Below are positions 9,322-18,951 of a DNA stretch of 64,000 nt, one piece after another. The stretch covers positions 224,001 to 288,000 of the forward strand of contig OZ244587.1 of assembly GCA_965218095.1 (NCBI GenBank), written 5' to 3'. The number at the start of each line of letters is the position of its first letter. Position 1 is the stretch's first letter. This DNA is from Candidatus Poribacteria bacterium. GTDB taxonomy: Bacteria; Poribacteria; WGA-4E; PCPOR2b. The notes beneath the pieces are model-generated. The model searched no databases and was not told the origin of the DNA. It saw nothing but the letters and a program-made list of their open reading frames with translations. A program made the translations under genes and the position numbers.

Positions 9322-12132
9322 ATGAAAATGGCACACAGCGATGCCGAATTGATCAAACGGACGCTGGACGGCGATGAAACTGCGTTCGGGTTTCTGGTTG
9401 ATAAATACAAAGGCGCTGTCCACGCCCTCGCCTACCGCAAAATCGGGAACTTCCAGACCGCCGAAGAGATTACGCAAGACACCTTCCTCAAAGCCTACCA
9501 AAAACTATCCACGCTCAAGGATTGGCGACACTTTCCGGGTTGGCTCTACACGATTGCGTCACGATTCTGCTTGATGTGGCATCGAAAACAGCGACTGCCG
9601 ACGCAACCACTCAATACCGTTGAGATGCGTCACGTCGATGCCCTGGCATCGGCAAAGTACGCCGACGAACAAACCCGTCAAGCGGTACGCGACGCGCTCG
9701 AAGAGCTACCGGAAAGCCAACGCACCGTCTTGACACTTCACTATCTCGGCGGAATGACATGCGAGGAGATTGGGCGGTTCATCGGCACGTCACATGGTGC
9801 GGTTCTCGACCGACTCTATCGTGCCCGAGCGAAACTAAAAGATGAGCTTATACCGATGATGCAGAAAACATTGGGCGCGTTTCAATTGCCGCCCACCTTC
9901 ACACAACAGATGATGGATCGAATCGACCACCTTCCCCCGACGCCCACGCCACAGAGCAAACCGTTCCTGCCGTGGCTTGCTGCGACGGCAACGCTTGTCG
10001 TTGCGCTATTCATCGGATTTGGGCAGCGGGCGATGACGCGATTTCAGCAACCATACAGCCTCGACGCGCCCGAACCGGCGGTGCGGGTTGAGTTAATCGA
10101 TGCACCAGTGATTCATCTGCCGAATACGAAACCGGCACTCGTCAATCGTCCGGGTCAATTGAATGCGCGAGACGATAAGAACGGCACTCGACCCGATGGG
10201 ACCGCTTTCGCGGCAGCGGCAAACGCCGAAGCGGGTAAGGGACTCAACGACACAAATTGGAGACAGACAAACGGCCCTTACGGCGGTAGCATCAACACAC
10301 TGTTCCGGGCGTCAGATGGCACGCTCTACGCAGCCACAGACAGTGCGGGCGTCTTCCGTTCGAGCGATGACGGCGATTCATGGGTTCCGGTCAACAACGG
10401 GTTGGATGTCTATCCTGCCGGTCAGCTACCTCATCCGAGTACCATAACAGAGGCGAACGGTATGCTCTATCTCAGCACAACTTCGGAGTTCTTTTATTCA
10501 AACAATCGGGGCGAAGCGTGGCAGTGGGTGGAATATCCTGACAGAAATCCGGACATGATAGAAATCAGCGCATTCGGTGTCAGCGGAACGCGAATCTACA
10601 TCAGTCGGATTAAAGATGGTATCGCGTACTCGGATGATTATGGCGAATCGTGGATGCCCATCCATGACGATTTGCCTGATGAGCTGACCGAAGAAAAATT
10701 CGTGACAGTTGGCACAACCCTCTTCGCCAAGACGGGCGATGACCTCTTTCAGCTCAAGGTGGGCGAAACGTCGTGGACGAAAATCGCGAATGTTCCAGAA
10801 CTCCGCTTTCTCATCGCTGCAGAGGGGGTATTGATTATTGGCAGCCACACCGATTGGCACCGTTCAACGGACGAAGGCGAGACTTGGACACCGATGACAC
10901 CGGAATTGAAAAATCAATATCTTGTGGTTGAAGGCGTCACGGGGTTCGGCGATACGATTTACGCCCTACTCAGCGACTCACGCCAACTGCTCAATGGCCC
11001 CAAGTTACTTCGCTCCACAGACAACGGGCGGTCGTGGGCAACAACCGAAGCTGGGGGATTGGGCGATAAGACGATTGACAGCATGGTCGCGCTATCGGAG
11101 CATGTGGTGTGTATCGGCACAGGGGCGGGTGTATTTCGGTGGGCCGGTGGTGAAAAATCGTGGCAGCCAATCAACGAGGGGCTAATCGGTACGACGGTGC
11201 ATAGTCTGGTGTTTTTCAAGAACGCCCTCTATGTGACGACGTATAACAACAACGGTATTTTCAAATCTGTCGATGGTGGAAACCGATGGATGCCGATTCA
11301 TCGCGGGTTGCCCACAACAAACGTAGGGGCACTCACCGTTTCGGGCGGTGAACTGTACCTCGGTTTGAACGAAACGAACATGGGCACACAGAATCCACCC
11401 ACCGCCGGAATTTATCGTTTGGCGGCGAACCGGAACTCATGGATTCCGGTGCAAACGGAGATGCGCACGGACAACATAGACCATCCGGACAAGAGGTGTT
11501 ATCGAATGTATCATCAAATGTATAGCGTTGACGAGCTTGTGATTTCCGGCGATACCTTCTACGCCATTGGAGAGATGGGCATGGGTTGCCGGCTATTTCG
11601 ATGGCGGAGAGGGGAGCGGTTTTGGACGGATATCAGTCCTGATAAGACGGATTGGCTATATGATGATTTAAAGGAGCTTGCTGTCGCCGGTAAAACCGTC
11701 TATGTCCATGCCAACGGCGATTTGATGCGCTCACGCAATAAAGGCAAAACATGGTCGGAGCTCGATATTCCCACTTCTCGTTACGGTCGTCAGATTGAAG
11801 GGCTTGTCGTTTTAGGGAAAACCGTCTACATCTCAATTTCTGAATCCGGCGTGTTCCGGTCAACAGACCGCGGTAAGACGTGGGAATCGGTCAACGAAGG
11901 GTTGCCGCGGGCGTATTCCTGGGAACTTCACGCGGTCGAAAACACGCTCTATGCAACACAGGGGGATAAAGGCATCTTTTGGCTCAGGGATGGTCAGGAT
12001 TCATGGGGGCTTGTTGCATCATCTCCTTCGGATATGATAACTGCGCTGGCGGTTGCAGGCACAACGTTATACGCCGGTATAGAAGAACAGGGTATGTATC
12101 GAATTGTGCTGGAGAACCTTGATGGCGATTAA
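9322..12132 (+). CDS. ECF sigma-70 factor fused via a TM helix to a BNR/Asp-box beta-propeller region
   Basis: Sigma2 (AEEITQDTFLKAY, WLYTIA) and sigma4 (LPESQRTVLTLHY...RLYRARAKL); TM FLPWLAATATLVVALFIGFG; about 8 SxDxGxxW-like boxes. Confidence 0.92.
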   Translation: MKMAHSDAELIKRTLDGDETAFGFLVDKYKGAVHALAYRKIGNFQTAEEITQDTFLKAYQKLSTLKDWRHFPGWLYTIASRFCLMWHRKQRLPTQPLNTVEMRHVDALASAKYADEQTRQAVRDALEELPESQRTVLTLHYLGGMTCEEIGRFIGTSHGAVLDRLYRARAKLKDELIPMMQKTLGAFQLPPTFTQQMMDRIDHLPPTPTPQSKPFLPWLAATATLVVALFIGFGQRAMTRFQQPYSLDAPEPAVRVELIDAPVIHLPNTKPALVNRPGQLNARDDKNGTRPDGTAFAAAANAEAGKGLNDTNWRQTNGPYGGSINTLFRASDGTLYAATDSAGVFRSSDDGDSWVPVNNGLDVYPAGQLPHPSTITEANGMLYLSTTSEFFYSNNRGEAWQWVEYPDRNPDMIEISAFGVSGTRIYISRIKDGIAYSDDYGESWMPIHDDLPDELTEEKFVTVGTTLFAKTGDDLFQLKVGETSWTKIANVPELRFLIAAEGVLIIGSHTDWHRSTDEGETWTPMTPELKNQYLVVEGVTGFGDTIYALLSDSRQLLNGPKLLRSTDNGRSWATTEAGGLGDKTIDSMVALSEHVVCIGTGAGVFRWAGGEKSWQPINEGLIGTTVHSLVFFKNALYVTTYNNNGIFKSVDGGNRWMPIHRGLPTTNVGALTVSGGELYLGLNETNMGTQNPPTAGIYRLAANRNSWIPVQTEMRTDNIDHPDKRCYRMYHQMYSVDELVISGDTFYAIGEMGMGCRLFRWRRGERFWTDISPDKTDWLYDDLKELAVAGKTVYVHANGDLMRSRNKGKTWSELDIPTSRYGRQIEGLVVLGKTVYISISESGVFRSTDRGKTWESVNEGLPRAYSWELHAVENTLYATQGDKGIFWLRDGQDSWGLVASSPSDMITALAVAGTTLYAGIEEQGMYRIVLENLDGD

Positions 12133-12233
12133 TTCGTCGAATACAGCGTTGTATAAGCCTCGACTACACTTCCTTTGAAATTCGGATTGAGCACTCCGCC
12201 CGGCACATGAAACTGCTACCAAACGCAAACAGG

Positions 12234-12260
12234 TTAGCATATAGTAGCACTATATGCTAA
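12234..12260. promoter_or_regulatory. Perfect 12-bp inverted repeat, candidate operator
   Basis: TTAGCATATAGT-AGC-ACTATATGCTAA ending 9 bp upstream of the ATG at 12270. Confidence 0.5.
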
Positions 12261-12269
12261 TATAAATGT

Positions 12270-12753
12270 ATGGTAGATAAACAATTTTGGCGCAACCGAA
12301 TCGAAACTGCCTGGGAACACCGTTCGGTCGTATGGCTGTCCGGGGTGCGGCGCGTTGGAAAAACGTGCTTGTGCCAGACACTCCCTGATATTGAATACTT
12401 CGATTGTGAACTGCCTCGCGTCAGACGATTGATGGAAGACCCACAGGCATTTCTCGACAGCGAAGGTGACGATTGATGTGGAGAAAGTCCTTGGCGTTAA
12501 GCGCATCGAATTTTTCTCGCCACCGGATGCCGAACACCCTGAAACGGTTATCGAGTTTTTTGACTATCAATTATCGTCCGGTATCTGGCATCCGCGGAAA
12601 ATTAAGCGAGTCGATTATTGGATGAAAGCAGGTGTTCGGCAAATTTTCGGCACAACGGAGTGGGAGATAAGACAGACGGTGTTTAACGCCGGTTTTCCAG
12701 ACAATTTCTTTCAGGACCCAGCCCCAGGCAGAGTTATTCGCGTGGTACAATGA
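12270..12753 (+). pseudogene. Truncated AAA+ ATPase (AAA_14/DUF4143-type) abutting the 3' remnant of another gene
   Basis: Walker A GVRRVGKT then stop at 68 aa; downstream 95-aa fragment lacks a clear start. Confidence 0.65.
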
Positions 12754-12860
12754 ATCACGCAATTCCCAAACAGCGTGTCACTCCGACGATAATTCAATAC
12801 TCCTAGGGAACTGCAAACCACTGAATATCCAGGTCCGTCAGCTCCAGCAGGCAAATCACG

Positions 12861-15101
12861 TTATTCCTCCGCCGCAGTTGGGACCTCCGGCACGTAATTC
12901 TTCCCATCCCAAACATACACCGTTTGACCGACCAGTAAATCATCCGGTTTGACCCTGCCCGCCAAAAGTGCCTTCGCCAGACGGCTCCGCTCACGATAAT
13001 TTGCAAGTGCCCGTTCCGCCTCACGTTTAACAGCCCCATCTGAATGCAACACCCAATCCGCTAAGAGCTCCGATGCCTCCGGCGTGTCGATTTGGTCGAG
13101 TACCGGAATCGCCGCAAGGCGTGTGTCGACATCCTCGACTTCGGAGATAAGTGTCGTCCACCGATGCAGATGTGGAAAGTAATCCTCCTGTTTTATGGCT
13201 GCGAGCAGCGCGATTCTGTTGCTGTCGCTGGCATTCCATATCCTTTCCAGAAAGGTGTGCATGTGAGGTGTGTCGCAGCGTAGCATCGCTCGAATCAGGT
13301 TGGGTGGAACCGTAATCGGGTCAATCGCGGACTCGGCTTGGTATGCCTCAATCAGAAAGCGGTCTAACGATGGGTTTGGATGGTGTATTAGATTTTGCAC
13401 AACCGCCTTTTGATGGGGCGGCTGACGCCGGACGATGTCCCGGACATAACGGTACGTGCGGGCTGAATTTATACGGGTCAAGAGTCGCAATTTTTCGTCT
13501 TCAGGAAGTAGCCGCGCTTCCCCCAGCCATTCGGCGAGTGAATCGGCCTCCTCTTCGGTGAGTGCGCGCTCCAACCGCGCATGGATGAAATTGCGGAGTA
13601 GGCGCTCGGGGCCTCGCGGGTCGACCTGCGCGTGTTTGAGCACGAAACGACGCAGTTCTGGTTCGAGTGCCGAATTCTGCAACTGCGTCGCAAAGTCCAA
13701 CGCCCTCAGTTGTGGTTGAAACCGAATCCAAGAACTACCGGAGGTTATGAGAGGCTTGTAGTGGCTGACGTCGTCGAGATACTGCCGGACAAGCCGCAAG
13801 GCTTCCTCACGCGAATAGTTGCCAACCATGCTCAGAAACCGTTCCCCGCGTCGGGATTCGTAAACAAGTCGTTTGAACAATGCCGGTGGGGGGCTCTTCA
13901 ACACGGCGTACTCCAACGGCAGAAATTCCGCAGGTTCACCAGCCATCGAATGATTTAACCCAGAAACAAAAATCTGCCATGGCTGAATTGCCCGGGAAAG
14001 CAGTTCGAGGAAACGGGTTTCAATCAATTTCATGTTGTGTTGCATCATCACGTCCATCACCATGGACTCTGGTGATGGCGTGTGAAAGATTCGCCGTTGC
14101 TTTGCTCGTGACATAATCTCGTCCAAGACAGCTTCCCACGCCTGTGCTGACATCCCCTCGTGAATGCCAAACTCCGTCTGAATCGCCATCTCAAGTGCTC
14201 GCATCACCCGTGAATCCCGCTGACCCACCTCATATAAATGTCGGAAAAGTAGACCGGAAAATCTGGCAACGTGCGTCCGCCATTCTACGGAGGGTTGATA
14301 GTTCGACCGCTTCAAGTCGTGTAGCAGATGCTTCAGATACGGCTGGACAGACGAGTACTGTAAATCTGGCACCCACGACTGGGGTCTGCTGAGAGGTTGG
14401 CCATCTTCATAAGAACCCCAAACCATACCTCCACTCGCCGCTAACCCTGCACATCCGTCTTTCTCGAAACGCCACCAGTAACCGGATTTCACGGCATCGT
14501 GATAGCTGGAGAACCCCGGTTCGTGGAAGACGCGGTGTCGGTCGAAATAGTTGTAAGGGATGTAGAACCATCGCAACTCCGTGTTCGCTAATCCATAGCG
14601 GTGCGTTTTGATCTTCTCAATGAACTCCTCTTCAATAACTATCTTCTGACGGGGCGGCGTGTCCCACGGCTTCACCTTCTCGTGAAACTCTGCCTCCGAG
14701 ATTTTAAGCGGCGTTTCACCCAGATACACATCGTTGCAGTACACTTCAATTCCCGGTTCATGTGCGTATATTACAAGCTGACGCGGCCCGGCTCCGCTAC
14801 CTTCTAAGCGGATCCTGCTGAAGGAAACTGTGAGCAAAAAGAAACCAAAGAACACGGTAAGAACCGCTAAACGTAAACGGCCTTTCCAGATTACCAAGAT
14901 GATACTCGCCACATAGAGTGCTATCATCAAGACAACAACTGATAAATGAAGCCAATGTCCGCCCTTAATTAGTGATTGAATGTAACCTAGCTTGATGACC
15001 CGAATCAATTGAGGATACAATAGCACAGGCAAAAAGATAACGAACACCGTCACATTCAGGGCCCACCAATTTGCTTGATTGTCATTTTTCATCATTCTCA
15101 C
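12861..15101 (-). CDS. Membrane-anchored hypothetical protein (PEGA-like segment, HEAT-like C-terminus)
   Basis: GGAGG SD; 3 N-terminal TM helices; IEVYCNDVYLGETPL; helical repeats; last gene of the GntR/ABC operon. Confidence 0.8.
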   Translation of the reverse strand: MRMMKNDNQANWWALNVTVFVIFLPVLLYPQLIRVIKLGYIQSLIKGGHWLHLSVVVLMIALYVASIILVIWKGRLRLAVLTVFFGFFLLTVSFSRIRLEGSGAGPRQLVIYAHEPGIEVYCNDVYLGETPLKISEAEFHEKVKPWDTPPRQKIVIEEEFIEKIKTHRYGLANTELRWFYIPYNYFDRHRVFHEPGFSSYHDAVKSGYWWRFEKDGCAGLAASGGMVWGSYEDGQPLSRPQSWVPDLQYSSVQPYLKHLLHDLKRSNYQPSVEWRTHVARFSGLLFRHLYEVGQRDSRVMRALEMAIQTEFGIHEGMSAQAWEAVLDEIMSRAKQRRIFHTPSPESMVMDVMMQHNMKLIETRFLELLSRAIQPWQIFVSGLNHSMAGEPAEFLPLEYAVLKSPPPALFKRLVYESRRGERFLSMVGNYSREEALRLVRQYLDDVSHYKPLITSGSSWIRFQPQLRALDFATQLQNSALEPELRRFVLKHAQVDPRGPERLLRNFIHARLERALTEEEADSLAEWLGEARLLPEDEKLRLLTRINSARTYRYVRDIVRRQPPHQKAVVQNLIHHPNPSLDRFLIEAYQAESAIDPITVPPNLIRAMLRCDTPHMHTFLERIWNASDSNRIALLAAIKQEDYFPHLHRWTTLISEVEDVDTRLAAIPVLDQIDTPEASELLADWVLHSDGAVKREAERALANYRERSRLAKALLAGRVKPDDLLVGQTVYVWDGKNYVPEVPTAAEE

Positions 15102-15112
15102 CTCCGAATAGC

Positions 15113-15832
15113 TTAAGCCTCAATCTCCAAGTGTTGATAACAGTGGAGCGACGCCAACGTTCCCACTATTGTCACCAGCGCAACGTAGATTAGCTGATAG
15201 TGAATTGGGCCGATGTGTATAAAAGACCCCGTTAACATTGTCACCAGCGCAAAGGAGATCAGCCGATAGCGAATTGGGCCGATGTTTGTAAAAAAACCCA
15301 CTGAAATTGACACCAACATCACGAAGACTAACACAGTTCCGAGGATATCCCGCCACGTTGGTGGACGCACGCTCACAATGCGCCCGCGTAGTTTCAGGAA
15401 CATGATGATCTCGTAGCCCAAAATCGAAAACAGCGCAATCGTCCCAAGAACGGATAGTTCATACCATTTGACCATCGGCTGATAAGGTGAGTTCATCAGC
15501 ACCTGTACCCCACTTCGCAGCCCAGTGGCAATGGTGGCGAATACAGCCATAATCGTCAGCAACTGAAGCGAGATCCCGAAGGACCAGCGTGTCAGGAACA
15601 ACCGCTTACGCGATAATGGGCGCGAAAAGATGAACGCCCCAACACCCCCAGAATCGCTGAACAGCCGCCAAGCGATGACCGAGCCCTGTAGGCAGGCAAT
15701 CAAGTTCACTCTCCAATCACCGCTCGATAACGGCGTTTTCTGAAACAACACGTACCCAACGGTTAGCAGTAGGAAAGGTGCATAGTACGGACAGACTTTC
15801 CGCCCGTCGATTTTCAGTATTTCGATGGACAT
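15113..15832 (-). CDS. ABC-2-type permease
   Basis: FIFSRPLSRKRLFLTRW loop motif, multiple TM helices; internal ~69-bp tandem duplication near the C-terminus. Confidence 0.8.
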   Translation of the reverse strand: MSIEILKIDGRKVCPYYAPFLLLTVGYVLFQKTPLSSGDWRVNLIACLQGSVIAWRLFSDSGGVGAFIFSRPLSRKRLFLTRWSFGISLQLLTIMAVFATIATGLRSGVQVLMNSPYQPMVKWYELSVLGTIALFSILGYEIIMFLKLRGRIVSVRPPTWRDILGTVLVFVMLVSISVGFFTNIGPIRYRLISFALVTMLTGSFIHIGPIHYQLIYVALVTIVGTLASLHCYQHLEIEA

Positions 15833-15864
15833 ATCTCCTCCGTTGATATTGAAGATTAAATATT

Positions 15865-16106
15865 ATACCGCTTCTGAATAATTTTGTCGCACGATTCGGA
15901 CAGAAAGCGCAGAGACAATGAGAAAGTGAGGGAAAAATCGCACGGGTGAAAGGGTGACAATGGGAAAGTGAGACAAAGACAAGACATTGGTTTCTTGCTT
16001 TTGTTTTGGCTCACCTGCTCGTTTTCACACCTGTTCACTTTCTTCTTCTGCTTGCCGGCTCGCTCCCTCGTTTCAACAATGCGTGACTCTTTATCAGAAT
16101 TGGTAT
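15865..16106. mobile_element. MITE-like element with ATACC..TTCT / AGAATTGGTAT termini
   Basis: Imperfect ~27-bp terminal inverted repeats; purine-rich then pyrimidine-rich repeat interior; lies inside an operon. Confidence 0.55.
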
Positions 16107-17047
16107 TAAATCCCTCTGCGTCTCCGCGTTAAATATCTGGTAATCCTTCGCCGCTTTGCAGTGCCCTCGACAAGTTTCACAAAAAGGTCTTCTAGGTTGA
16201 AACCGTGAACTTGAGCGGTCTCGCCCCATCTGTATTGCTGGCAGAGTGCTCGAAAACGCGCTTCGTCGAAGTCACGGACGATGGCGACTGTCTGTCCTTC
16301 GAGCGACTCGTATCGCAGAATCTCGAAGTGTGGGTCAAGCGATTCGCGGGGTATGGCGCCCGGCAAGTGGAGTTGGCGGACCTCTGTTTTGAGGTCATTG
16401 AGTGCCCCCGACAGATGCAATTGACCACGATGGAGAATCGCCAGCCGGTCAATGACCCGCTCCAGGTCACTCAATAGGTGAGACGAAAGGAATACCGTTC
16501 GCCGTCCATCATACACCTGCTCCAGAATGAGATTCAGGAATTTGTGCCGTGCAACCACATCAAGCCCCGCGGCAGGTTCATCGAGGATCAGGACATCAGC
16601 GTTCTGACAAATCGCAAGTAGCAGACAGAGCCGACGTTTCTCGCCTCTTGAGAACGATTGATATTTTTTAAAGCGGCGCAGGTCGAACTCGCCTAGTAGC
16701 TGTTCCGCAAGCCTGTTGTCCCACTTCGGGTACAGCGAAGCGTTGAGTTGTATCGCGTGCGCCGGCGTCATCCAACTCGGCAGGTGCATGTTGTCCGAAA
16801 CATAAGCCACACGACGCCGTTCCGATTCGGTCAGTTTCCACGGATTCGTACCGAGTAGGTTGACCTCGCCTTCGGTGGGATGCAGGTGACCCATAATCAT
16901 CCGAACCGTCGTTGTTTTTCCCGCGCCGTTGACGCCCAAGAACCCGAAAACCGAGCCTTGCGGCACCGTCAAATTGAGTGAATTGACCGCTTTTCTGTAC
17001 TCGAAAACCTTCGTGAGATTTTGTGTTTGAATAACGTTCTCGCTCAT
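16106..17047 (-). CDS. ABC transporter ATP-binding protein (YtrB-like)
   Basis: GVNGAGKTT, FSRGEKRR, LILDEP, SSH switch. Confidence 0.95.
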   Translation of the reverse strand: MSENVIQTQNLTKVFEYRKAVNSLNLTVPQGSVFGFLGVNGAGKTTTVRMIMGHLHPTEGEVNLLGTNPWKLTESERRRVAYVSDNMHLPSWMTPAHAIQLNASLYPKWDNRLAEQLLGEFDLRRFKKYQSFSRGEKRRLCLLLAICQNADVLILDEPAAGLDVVARHKFLNLILEQVYDGRRTVFLSSHLLSDLERVIDRLAILHRGQLHLSGALNDLKTEVRQLHLPGAIPRESLDPHFEILRYESLEGQTVAIVRDFDEARFRALCQQYRWGETAQVHGFNLEDLFVKLVEGTAKRRRITRYLTRRRRGI

Positions 17048-17433
17048 CCCTCACCTTTCTGGATGCTTCGATACGCCGCATCGACAATCAGGTCAATCTC
17101 CTCGCGGGTCAGCCCGAATCGTAGCCCTTCGACCAGCATTTTCCGGGCGTGTTCCGAAACGATTCGGTGAATCTCCTCGCTCGCAAGCGAGACCACTTTC
17201 GGCGCGACGAACGCACCTTGACCCTGACGCAGTATTAGGATGCCCTCGTACGCTAACTCGTTGTAGATTCTCGCCGAGGTGGTCGGATTAATCTTCAGGG
17301 TTTTCGCCAACTCGCGGATAGAGGGCATGCGATCTCCGGGCTTTAGTCCACCGTTGACGACGGAGAGCTTTATCTGCTCAATGACCTGTTGATAGATCGG
17401 TTGGCTGCTGTTGTAGTCAATATGGAAAAGCAT
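17044..17433 (-). CDS. GntR-family regulator, YtrA subfamily
   Basis: PIYQQV...LKPGDRMPSIRELA...INPTTSARIY...QGQGAFV; short C-terminal domain; precedes ABC genes; GAGGT SD. Confidence 0.93.
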   Translation of the reverse strand: MLFHIDYNSSQPIYQQVIEQIKLSVVNGGLKPGDRMPSIRELAKTLKINPTTSARIYNELAYEGILILRQGQGAFVAPKVVSLASEEIHRIVSEHARKMLVEGLRFGLTREEIDLIVDAAYRSIQKGEG

Positions 17434-17451
17434 CAGTACCTCATCTGTATG

Positions 17452-17492
17452 AACTGTATGGTATATTATCATACAGTTTGTCTATATGTCAA
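17452..17492 (-). promoter_or_regulatory. YtrA-type operator overlapping a sigma70 promoter
   Basis: AACTGTATG-N9-CATACAGTT inverted repeat (17452-17478); TTGACA on minus strand at 17487-17492. Confidence 0.7.
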
Positions 17493-17757
17493 GGAAATAA
17501 GTAAAAATACCAATTTCAATTCTATTTGAGCCGATTCTGTGATATACTGAAGCCGATTGATAAATGAAAGAAATTGTGCCTCAATTGACATCTATGGCGG
17601 CGGGAGTCCAATAATCTTAGGTTGCTACTGACTAAGCCAAGTAGCCTTCTAACGTTCTGCTTCTGGCACATACCCGTCGGAATCCAGGCTGAAAGTGGAT
17701 TAGACCGCAAGCAACTTTTGCAATAAGTGGCAACTCGAGTGACAACCGCTAAAGGAG

Positions 17758-18300
17758 GTGCGAGCGGTGTGGGTTGATCGTCTGCTTAATATCTGTTTCC
17801 TCATTTTGTTTCTGTCCCTCCTGGTGACAGTGCCCTGCTATCTGGTCTGGAAGCGGAGAACAATGGGACGGGTCTTGTACCATCTGCCTATACCAAGATC
17901 CAACAAGGTACTTTTGGGCTTTATCATCGTTTTTTGGACCAGTGCCATGCTTGCACAAATCGTGTCGGTGATAAACAGCGGCTGGCAGTCTTCATCGGTT
18001 TTGTGGCCAATGCTAGGGTTAACATTCCCCCTATTTTCTCTGTCCTCCGCCAACCGGTTTGAAATCAGAGAAGCGGGAATCAACTCTCGGGGAAACTTTA
18101 CAAAGTGGAAAGGCCTAAACGCCTTCCAATGGAAAGAGGAAGGGGATTATAAATTCGGTTTGGGCAAAGAGGCGTATATCTTCGGCTTGTATAAGTCAGG
18201 TGACAAGTTCCCATGGTGGCTTGAGTGGGACAAGTTTCAACAAGACCAACGTGAAAACGTTGATAAGCTATTGTCCCGATACCTGCCGAAAGCGACTTGA
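17758..18300 (+). CDS. Hypothetical membrane protein (3 TM plus small soluble domain)
   Basis: AAGGAG SD before GTG; FEIREAGI...KWKGL..FQW pattern. Confidence 0.65.
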   Translation: MRAVWVDRLLNICFLILFLSLLVTVPCYLVWKRRTMGRVLYHLPIPRSNKVLLGFIIVFWTSAMLAQIVSVINSGWQSSSVLWPMLGLTFPLFSLSSANRFEIREAGINSRGNFTKWKGLNAFQWKEEGDYKFGLGKEAYIFGLYKSGDKFPWWLEWDKFQQDQRENVDKLLSRYLPKAT

Positions 18301-18367
18301 GAAAAGCGGTAAACGGCACGCGGTAGGTGTCCGATATTCAGTGGCACCATAGGTGTCAATTTATTCT

Positions 18368-18395
18368 TAGGGGCACCCCTTGTGGGTGCCCCTAC
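18368..18395. repeat. REP element of the GTAG-GGGC family
   Basis: taggggcacccct-tgt-gggtgcccctac, similar to the REPs around the RAYT. Confidence 0.7.
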
Positions 18396-18469
18396 GGAAT
18401 TGCGGATTGGCGCGGATTGTTGGATTTCGCCGGTTTTTTATGGAAATGTTCGATTGACTTTGACATTCA

Positions 18470-18528
18470 TGCTAAATTTTTCGCATTTTGTCTTGACACA
18501 TACTTTCGCACATGCTAAAATATTCGCA
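18470..18528 (+). promoter_or_regulatory. Two candidate BlaI-type operators flanking and overlapping a promoter
   Basis: TGCTAAATTTTTCGCA (18470-18485) and TGCTAAAATATTCGCA (18513-18528); TTGACA (18493) -17 bp- TAAAAT (18516). Confidence 0.75.
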
Positions 18529-18549
18529 TATTACAAAAGAGGTGGCGGA

Positions 18550-18951
18550 ATGGAAGATTATCGTATCGTAAAACTGAGTCGGCGTGAGCGGCAGATTATG
18601 GATGTCGTCTATCAACACGGTCACGCTTCCGTTGCCGATGTCCTCGCAGACCTCCCCGATCCCCCAAGCTACTCTACGGTTCGGGCGTTGTTGCGGATTT
18701 TGGAGGAGAAAGGGCATCTTACCCACGAAAAAGATGGCCCACGCTACATCTATCGCCCCACGCAACCGCGCCATCAGGCGGGGCGTTCTGCGCTCAAACA
18801 GATTGTTCAGACTTTTTTCGATAAATCGATCGAAAAAACGGTCGCGGCGTTGGTTTCCGATGCTGAAGTCTCGGATGACGAACTTGACCGTTTAAGCCGA
18901 CTCATCGAGCAAGCCAAAAAAGGAGACAATTCTCATGATACAATTGATTGA
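18550..18951 (+). CDS. BlaI/MecI/CopY-family repressor
   Basis: LSRRERQIMDVV...SYSTVRALLRILEEKG...YIY...FFDKS; overlaps the downstream M56 gene. Confidence 0.95.
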   Translation: MEDYRIVKLSRRERQIMDVVYQHGHASVADVLADLPDPPSYSTVRALLRILEEKGHLTHEKDGPRYIYRPTQPRHQAGRSALKQIVQTFFDKSIEKTVAALVSDAEVSDDELDRLSRLIEQAKKGDNSHDTID

